Positions 58,657 to 64,000 of a stretch of DNA of 64,000 bases are shown in pieces (position 1 is the stretch's first letter; every line of letters begins with the position of its first letter). Where the stretch lies: assembly GCA_964628285.1 (NCBI GenBank), contig CAZVNP010000008.1:4611-68610 (forward strand). Direction: 5' to 3'. The notes under the pieces were generated by a model, which had not been told where the DNA came from, did no database searches, and worked only from the letters and a program-made list of their open reading frames with translations. Source of the stretch: an uncultured Lentimicrobiaceae bacterium. Lineage in GTDB: Bacteria; Bacteroidota; Bacteroidia; Bacteroidales; JAGONC01. Both the position numbers and the translations under genes were made by a program.

Positions 58657-60189
58657 TTACCTCCGACCGCCGCCTGAAGAACTTGATCCGGAACGCGAAG
58701 AGGAACCCCCTCCGCCGGATGAAGATGGCATGGAATAGCTGCTTGATGACCGTGACGGAGCAGAATAACTGTTGTTTGAGCGTGACGGTATGGAAAAGTT
58801 ATTTCCTGAGCGCGAGGGCACTGAAAAAGTCCGGTTATTCGAGGGGGCCGGCATTGAATAGTTTCTGTTGTTCAACTGTGCCGGTCTGGTGTTGTTATAT
58901 GAATCCGGATGAGTGACCGATCTGTTCTGATAAGATGGGGCCGGCGCAGGTACCTGTGAATTCGCATCCTGGCGGGGCGGATTATATTGGCCGATATTGC
59001 CTGCCCGTGGTGAATTATATTCCTGGCTGGATTTAGGTTTGGTATATTGGGGTGATCGGTATGTCTTAAGGGTACTCTGTTCCCTTGTGACATTTGTCTG
59101 GTTTTTATTCTGCTCATATCTATAAATAGGACTCTGAAATTCCCGGGCATTTTTTTGCTCAACAGGTGGTTTGGTGTACTGTTCTTTTTGTCCAGCAAAC
59201 TGGTTATCAGCATTATTTGAATTCCTGAAGGTTGTGTTTTTCTGAACAGGCGTGACTTGAGATGAAGAGGAACTAATCGTTGCTTTATTTTTGCCAGTCT
59301 GACCAGGATCATCTGATACAACAGGGACAGGATTAATCACTGCTGAGCTGCGCGATTGGTTTGGATTAACCGATTTGCTATTTCCGGAAGTCTGTGATGG
59401 GATCTGTTCATATGAATCGGAGCGTTCGGTAAGTGTTGATTGTTCGACACCGGTTCTTCCGGGGCGAGCTGAGCCCCCGGCTGTGCCGTCACTGCCTCTG
59501 CCCCCGCCATTGCTGCTGTTCGTGCTGCCACGCGAGGAGCGGTGACCATAATAAAATCCGGGATATCCATCGTAGTAATCGTAATACTTGTTGCCAACCC
59601 AAAGACCGGTATAATATCCATCCCAGAAACCATTCCAGTAGCTTCCATAACCATAATAGGGATAACCCCATGAATAATAGGGTGAGTACCAGTCATACCA
59701 AGGATCCCAATAATATGAAGGATAATAACCGTAATAAGGATAACCCCATCCGAAGGATCCCCAGCCCCAGTTAAATCCCAGGGAGAAGTTAAAACCACCA
59801 TATGAGGGGTAATAAAAATATGGATTGGTATAATAGCCGGACCAATAGTCATCAAAGTAATAAGGTTGGTGAAATCTTCTTATGCGTGAGGCATAGTCGT
59901 AACCGTAATAATTGTTAGTGATGTACGTGTTTCCACCGGAGGAGGAAGTGTCGCTGTAATCTGGCTGGTAGGCATCATAGACACTTTCATCTGAAAGATA
60001 TTCGCCTTCAGCATAGTAATTACCCTGCGATTGACTTGAAGGTGTAACTGTTTGCATGGGTGTGGGAGTGACCTGTTGGGCAGTATAGTAAACATCATCA
60101 TAAACAGGTGGTGTGGTTGAGTAATACGTTGTGGAACATGAAGTAAAAAAGAACGCTACTAATGCAAGAAACAATACAAAGGTTCTCAT
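58657..60189 (-). CDS. Low-complexity lipoprotein: Tyr/Trp/Gly-rich block (YxWGxW-like) plus Ser/Asn/Pro/Gln-rich repeat tail
   Basis: Start set at ATG 60189 (MRTFVLFLALVAFFFTSC, a lipoprotein signal preceded by AAGGAGGA). Aromatic block ...GFNWGWGSFGWGYPYYGYYPSYYWDPWYDWYSPYYSWGYPYYGYGSYW.... The tail ends in degenerate decapeptide repeats and GGGGSSSRSGSSSSGGGRR. Confidence 0.6.
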   Translation of the reverse strand: MRTFVLFLALVAFFFTSCSTTYYSTTPPVYDDVYYTAQQVTPTPMQTVTPSSQSQGNYYAEGEYLSDESVYDAYQPDYSDTSSSGGNTYITNNYYGYDYASRIRRFHQPYYFDDYWSGYYTNPYFYYPSYGGFNFSLGFNWGWGSFGWGYPYYGYYPSYYWDPWYDWYSPYYSWGYPYYGYGSYWNGFWDGYYTGLWVGNKYYDYYDGYPGFYYGHRSSRGSTNSSNGGGRGSDGTAGGSARPGRTGVEQSTLTERSDSYEQIPSQTSGNSKSVNPNQSRSSAVINPVPVVSDDPGQTGKNKATISSSSSQVTPVQKNTTFRNSNNADNQFAGQKEQYTKPPVEQKNAREFQSPIYRYEQNKNQTNVTREQSTLKTYRSPQYTKPKSSQEYNSPRAGNIGQYNPPRQDANSQVPAPAPSYQNRSVTHPDSYNNTRPAQLNNRNYSMPAPSNNRTFSVPSRSGNNFSIPSRSNNSYSAPSRSSSSYSMPSSSGGGGSSSRSGSSSSGGGRR

Positions 60190-60320
60190 GATCTTATCCT
60201 CCTTATTTTGAGATATTTTTGATGGGTTGAGCTTCATACCGGAGAAAATAATTAAATTTGGCAACCAAAATATTTAAAAAAACCTGCGAGAAATAGCAAA
60301 TATTATACCATTTTCAAGAC

Positions 60321-61796
60321 ATGCCTAAGGATTTTTCAACAAGAGAAGAAAATTATTCCCAATGGTACAATGATTTGGTGATACGTTCAGGATTAGCTGA
60401 GAATTCTGCCGTCCGCGGTTGCATGGTAATTAAACCATATGGCTATTCCATCTGGGAAAAGATACAGGGAGCCCTGGATAAAATGTTTAAAGATACCGGT
60501 CATTCTAATGCATATTTCCCTCTTTTTATTCCGAAATCTTTTTTTTCAAGGGAAGCCGGCCATGTTGAAGGCTTTGCCAAGGAATGTGCAGTGGTCACAC
60601 ATTATCGTTTAAAAGCTGCCGAAGACGGTAATGGCCTGGTGGTTGATGAGGACGCGAAACTTGAAGAAGAATTGATCATCCGTCCCACCTCGGAAACGAT
60701 CATTTGGGATACATACCGCACCTGGATTCAATCTTACCGTGATCTGCCCTTGCTCATTAATCAATGGGCCAATGTGGTACGGTGGGAGATGAGAACCAGA
60801 TTATTTCTAAGAACGGCTGAATTTTTATGGCAGGAGGGGCACACCGCTCATGCTACCAAAGAGGAAGCTATTCATGAAGCTGAGTTAATACTTGGTATTT
60901 ATACCGACTTTGCAGAGAAGTGGATGGCCCTCCCCGTATTAAAAGGAAGAAAAACAATCAGTGAGAGATTCGCAGGCGCCCTGGATACTTATACTATTGA
61001 GGCCCTGATGCAGGATGGCAAAGCACTTCAGGTCGGAACATCACACTTTTTAGGTCAGAATTTTGCCAGAGCTTTCAATGTACAATATTTAAACAGGGAG
61101 AATAAACTTGAATATGTGTGGGCGACATCATGGGGAGTATCCACACGTTTAATGGGGGCTTTAATCATGGCTCATTCCGATGACCGTGGGCTGGTCATCC
61201 CTCCCAAACTGGCTCCGACACAAGTAGTTATCGTGCCTATCTACAATAAAACAGAGCAATTGGCACAGATCAGTGAAGTAGCGGAGAAGATCAAACACGA
61301 CTTGGAAAAAAGGGGCATCCTTGTGACTTATGATCGACGTGATACGTTCAAACCAGGATGGAAATTTACCGAGTACGAATTCAAAGGTGTCCCTGTGCGA
61401 TTAGCCATTGGACCCCGTGATCTGGAAAATAAAACAGTGGAGGTGGCACGCCGTGATACCTTGGAGAAAGAATCCTATCAGTTGACAGACATTGACATTA
61501 AAGTAGAACACCTTCTGGAACAAATACAGCAGAATCTTTTTCAGAAAGCCCTCTCTTTCAGGGAAAACAATACCTTTCAGGCCAACACGTGGAAAGAGTT
61601 TCAGGATATCATTGAAAACGAGGGAGGGTTTGTGCTGGCTCACTGGGATGGCACCCCTGAGACAGAACTCGCTATCAAAGAGGAAACCAAAGCGACGATA
61701 CGGCTCATACCCCTTGACGGGCATTCTGAAAAGGGTAAATGCATTTATTCAGGTCGTCCTTCATTACAAAGAGTGGTTTTTGCCAGAGCCTATTGA
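60321..61796 (+). CDS. proS: Proline--tRNA ligase (archaeal/eukaryote-like class II form)
   Basis: [10 protein letters not shown], class II motifs (FRDE-like [24 protein letters not shown]; [10 protein letters not shown]), an anticodon-binding domain, and a C-terminal ...VFARAY. Confidence 0.95.
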   Translation: MPKDFSTREENYSQWYNDLVIRSGLAENSAVRGCMVIKPYGYSIWEKIQGALDKMFKDTGHSNAYFPLFIPKSFFSREAGHVEGFAKECAVVTHYRLKAAEDGNGLVVDEDAKLEEELIIRPTSETIIWDTYRTWIQSYRDLPLLINQWANVVRWEMRTRLFLRTAEFLWQEGHTAHATKEEAIHEAELILGIYTDFAEKWMALPVLKGRKTISERFAGALDTYTIEALMQDGKALQVGTSHFLGQNFARAFNVQYLNRENKLEYVWATSWGVSTRLMGALIMAHSDDRGLVIPPKLAPTQVVIVPIYNKTEQLAQISEVAEKIKHDLEKRGILVTYDRRDTFKPGWKFTEYEFKGVPVRLAIGPRDLENKTVEVARRDTLEKESYQLTDIDIKVEHLLEQIQQNLFQKALSFRENNTFQANTWKEFQDIIENEGGFVLAHWDGTPETELAIKEETKATIRLIPLDGHSEKGKCIYSGRPSLQRVVFARAY

Positions 61797-62763
61797 CATT
61801 TAACCAACAGTATGATACTTCGGCAAGAATGATGAATCCGGTCATTATGTTCATCCATTTAAAACGGATAGTATTTCTTAAGATTTCAAAGGACAGAATG
61901 ATCAGGATCGGGAAAAGGGTCAATCCTGGAACCAAATACCTGTACTCATAATGTTTTGCCACAATGATGACCTGTGCGAACATAGCCGCCAGTACACCTG
62001 CCATGCCATACGCCAACCGGCGATTGACTTCATTTCTTTTATAGATCAAATAAATCAATAAAAGAATGAGACCGAAAAGCCAGGAGTACACCAGGAAGAC
62101 ATGAAATTTATGAAAGATCACCAGATGATGTAGAAATGAATCCCAAAGGAGAACATTCGGTGAACCTTTTCCATAATGCCCCGAATGTATAAGAAGATCA
62201 CTGATCCATTGTGTGATGAAAACCAGGTTATATAAGATAGGTATGGCAAAAACAAATAAGCTGAGCAGCAGCACCGGTATTGGCAATAATAATTCAGGTG
62301 TCAATCTTCCGATGATGTCATAGGTGAGGTTTGAATAAAAAGGTAAGGTTTGTATGAGAAGGCCGTAAGGCAGGAAGGCTGTTATCCGCCAGATTATTAC
62401 CCCGGTAATGTAAAGAATGATCGAGGTAATAGTGATAACGACATGGTTTATAATGTTCAGATAAAGATCGGAGTTGGTCATCACATCTTCGAGATAGGGT
62501 AGGTGGGGTGCCCGGATGAAATACACTACACGGCATACAACGGCTACCACCATCTGCAAAGGTGTGCCGGGATTATCGATATGTTGAACGTTCATATGAT
62601 CCAGTAACATAAAAAGTCCATTGGTCAGATACACATATCCCGGATCAACATTCCTCATGGAAAACAGACCGATGATCTGATTGAAATAAAATCCCAGGAA
62701 GAGATATGCGAATGGTAGGATAAGTAAAAAGAATCTGCCTGATTTTTTCATTTCACTCTTCAA
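61705..62763 (-). CDS. Polytopic membrane protein, function unknown
   Basis: 352 aa with at least 8 hydrophobic helices. No recognised catalytic motif. Its 3' end overlaps the proS 3' end by 92 bp. Confidence 0.5.
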   Translation of the reverse strand: MKSEMKKSGRFFLLILPFAYLFLGFYFNQIIGLFSMRNVDPGYVYLTNGLFMLLDHMNVQHIDNPGTPLQMVVAVVCRVVYFIRAPHLPYLEDVMTNSDLYLNIINHVVITITSIILYITGVIIWRITAFLPYGLLIQTLPFYSNLTYDIIGRLTPELLLPIPVLLLSLFVFAIPILYNLVFITQWISDLLIHSGHYGKGSPNVLLWDSFLHHLVIFHKFHVFLVYSWLFGLILLLIYLIYKRNEVNRRLAYGMAGVLAAMFAQVIIVAKHYEYRYLVPGLTLFPILIILSFEILRNTIRFKWMNIMTGFIILAEVSYCWLNVNRLWQKPLFVMKDDLNKCIYPFQNARQGV

Positions 62764-63499
62764 GCTTTATTAACCGGCCGGTACCGGTTATTTTTGATTT
62801 GATGGTCTCAGGATCACCTTTATAGTATATATTCCCGATATTTTCGATCTCCACCTCGAGCACTTTTGTGCAGTTCACATAGCAATCGTTGGAACCCTTG
62901 TTTTTCATGAAGCAAAATACGGAAACCAGGTCCTGACAGTGGAAAGGCCCATAGCTGGCAGCGTAAATGTAATCAACCTGGGTAAAACCATGAATGTCAA
63001 AGTCAACGGTGCCATAATGCAGGTCAAGGACCGAGATGCCCGTTTGGATATCCATATCGATGATCCCCGATCCATCCCAAACCGAGACGCTCAAGGAATC
63101 GGTTGTAATCGTGTTGGTGCTGATGATATTACCTGAGGCTCTGTAGCAGATGCTCACCAGATGGTTAACAGAGAGGTATACATTGATATCCTTGTTGTAA
63201 TTTCTCATCCAGTTGCATTGATTGTCATTTCTGATGGTCAATTCCCCATTATTGACCTCGGTGATAACCGATCCGATCAGATTCTCGCCTGCCTGAACAC
63301 GGATGCTGCAGCTATTATCCTGGGTAAGGATGACATTAATGTTATCTTCAAGGATAATATGCTCGAAATCGGATGATTCACGTTCTTCGATGATAACCTT
63401 ACCTGTGCTTTTGAAACAATCGCCTATATCCAGCTTTTCACATGATGTAAATATCATGGTGATAAGTAGCAATAATCCGATGTCATAACGGCTTTTCAT
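62753..63499 (-). CDS. Lipoprotein with DUF2807/GIN (putative auto-transporter adhesin head) domain
   Basis: Lipobox IFTSC. F..I.L....NV.L.Q.....I.V.A.ENL and a terminal GNIYYKGDP pattern are typical of DUF2807. Confidence 0.65.
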   Translation of the reverse strand: MKSRYDIGLLLLITMIFTSCEKLDIGDCFKSTGKVIIEERESSDFEHIILEDNINVILTQDNSCSIRVQAGENLIGSVITEVNNGELTIRNDNQCNWMRNYNKDINVYLSVNHLVSICYRASGNIISTNTITTDSLSVSVWDGSGIIDMDIQTGISVLDLHYGTVDFDIHGFTQVDYIYAASYGPFHCQDLVSVFCFMKNKGSNDCYVNCTKVLEVEIENIGNIYYKGDPETIKSKITGTGRLIKLEE

Positions 63500-63501
63500 T
63501 T

Positions 63502-64000
63502 TTAATAGGTTAATTTGAACTTATACCCCAATCCCCAACCTATAAAATCAGCTCGTCCCCAATGAACTTTCAGTGTGATATAGGCATACAGATGTTCCGA
63601 CAGGTCATACTTCAGTGACAGCTTTTGGTAAACGGATCCATCGCTTTGGTCCTTGCCTCCGAGGTACATACCATAATTGAAATCAAAAGCCAATCTCCCC
63701 AGAGCTAATTCATATGCCAGGTTTAAACCGGATTTTATCAGTGATAACCTGTTGTCGACTATGACATTGTTTTTCTCAAGGATCGTATAGTCGGATGCGT
63801 CGTAAGAGAAATCACAGCCAATCCCGAATTTACTTTTGTAACCCACCAATTTAAATATATTCCCGAACAGAGAGAGCACAAAATAATTCTGTCCATACAG
63901 GGCATCAAGGTTTTTAAACCCTGCCACACCGGTGAAATCGAATTCAATGATCTTATAAATATCATAATCAAACGGTTTAACGGGATCATAAAGACGCTGC
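63502..64000 (-). CDS. Probable outer-membrane beta-barrel protein, C-terminal part (5' end beyond the right edge)
   Basis: The reading frame stays open from the GTG at 63927 to position 64000 (hand translation ...QRLYDPVKPFDYDIYKIIEFDFTGVAGFKNL...). It shows alternating hydrophobic/aromatic strands and a C-terminal ...GLGYKFKLTY. Confidence 0.4.
   Translation of the reverse strand, partial: QRLYDPVKPFDYDIYKIIEFDFTGVAGFKNLDALYGQNYFVLSLFGNIFKLVGYKSKFGIGCDFSYDASDYTILEKNNVIVDNRLSLIKSGLNLAYELALGRLAFDFNYGMYLGGKDQSDGSVYQKLSLKYDLSEHLYAYITLKVHWGRADFIGWGLGYKFKLTY

Noticed and set aside
59337-59855. Alternative-frame ORFs on both strands within the Tyr/Trp-rich gene (59337-59855 minus, 59433-59774 plus, 58872-59321 minus).
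   Set aside because: Low-complexity DNA keeps several frames open. Only the 58657-60189 frame has a lipoprotein signal peptide and runs the full length of the region.

Overview
This window looks like an ordinary core-chromosome segment of a Bacteroidota bacterium. The assignment rests on a T9SS C-terminal sorting domain, the conserved pdxJ<>CBS-nadK-DUF6089-uppS-bamA-skp-skp neighbourhood, LPS genes (kdsD, lptB, lpxH, lpxK), and repeated TAnnTTTG -7 promoter boxes just upstream of gene starts. About 60 densely packed genes are present. Almost all are housekeeping: pfk, mfd, pyrC, der, era, an initiator tRNA-Met, deoC, recQ, pssA, queA, tatC, nadB, sucAB, a 2x[4Fe-4S] ferredoxin, korAB, tilS, dsbD, gap, punA-type PNP, nif3 and proS. 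I saw no CRISPR array, transposase, integrase, reverse transcriptase, toxin-antitoxin pair or recognisable defence system. I found no convincing novel multi-gene system. The points most worth a second look are listed here. (1) A lipoprotein with an extremely Tyr/Trp/Gly-rich block and a Ser/Asn/Pro-repeat tail lies directly upstream of a FadL-like outer-membrane barrel. (2) A T9SS cargo gene is split by a +1 frameshift in a C6 tract. (3) A ~150-bp imperfect palindrome carrying iterated GCGCAGAG motifs sits in a 500-bp noncoding gap after the initiator tRNA. (4) NAD-linked 2-oxoglutarate dehydrogenase and ferredoxin-linked 2-oxoglutarate oxidoreductase are juxtaposed around a ferredoxin gene. 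(5) Several residue-level oddities occur: PPi-type residues in PFK, SxxC in a TlpA-like protein, and U1.U72 in the initiator tRNA. All product calls come from motif and family recognition by eye; no database search was run.
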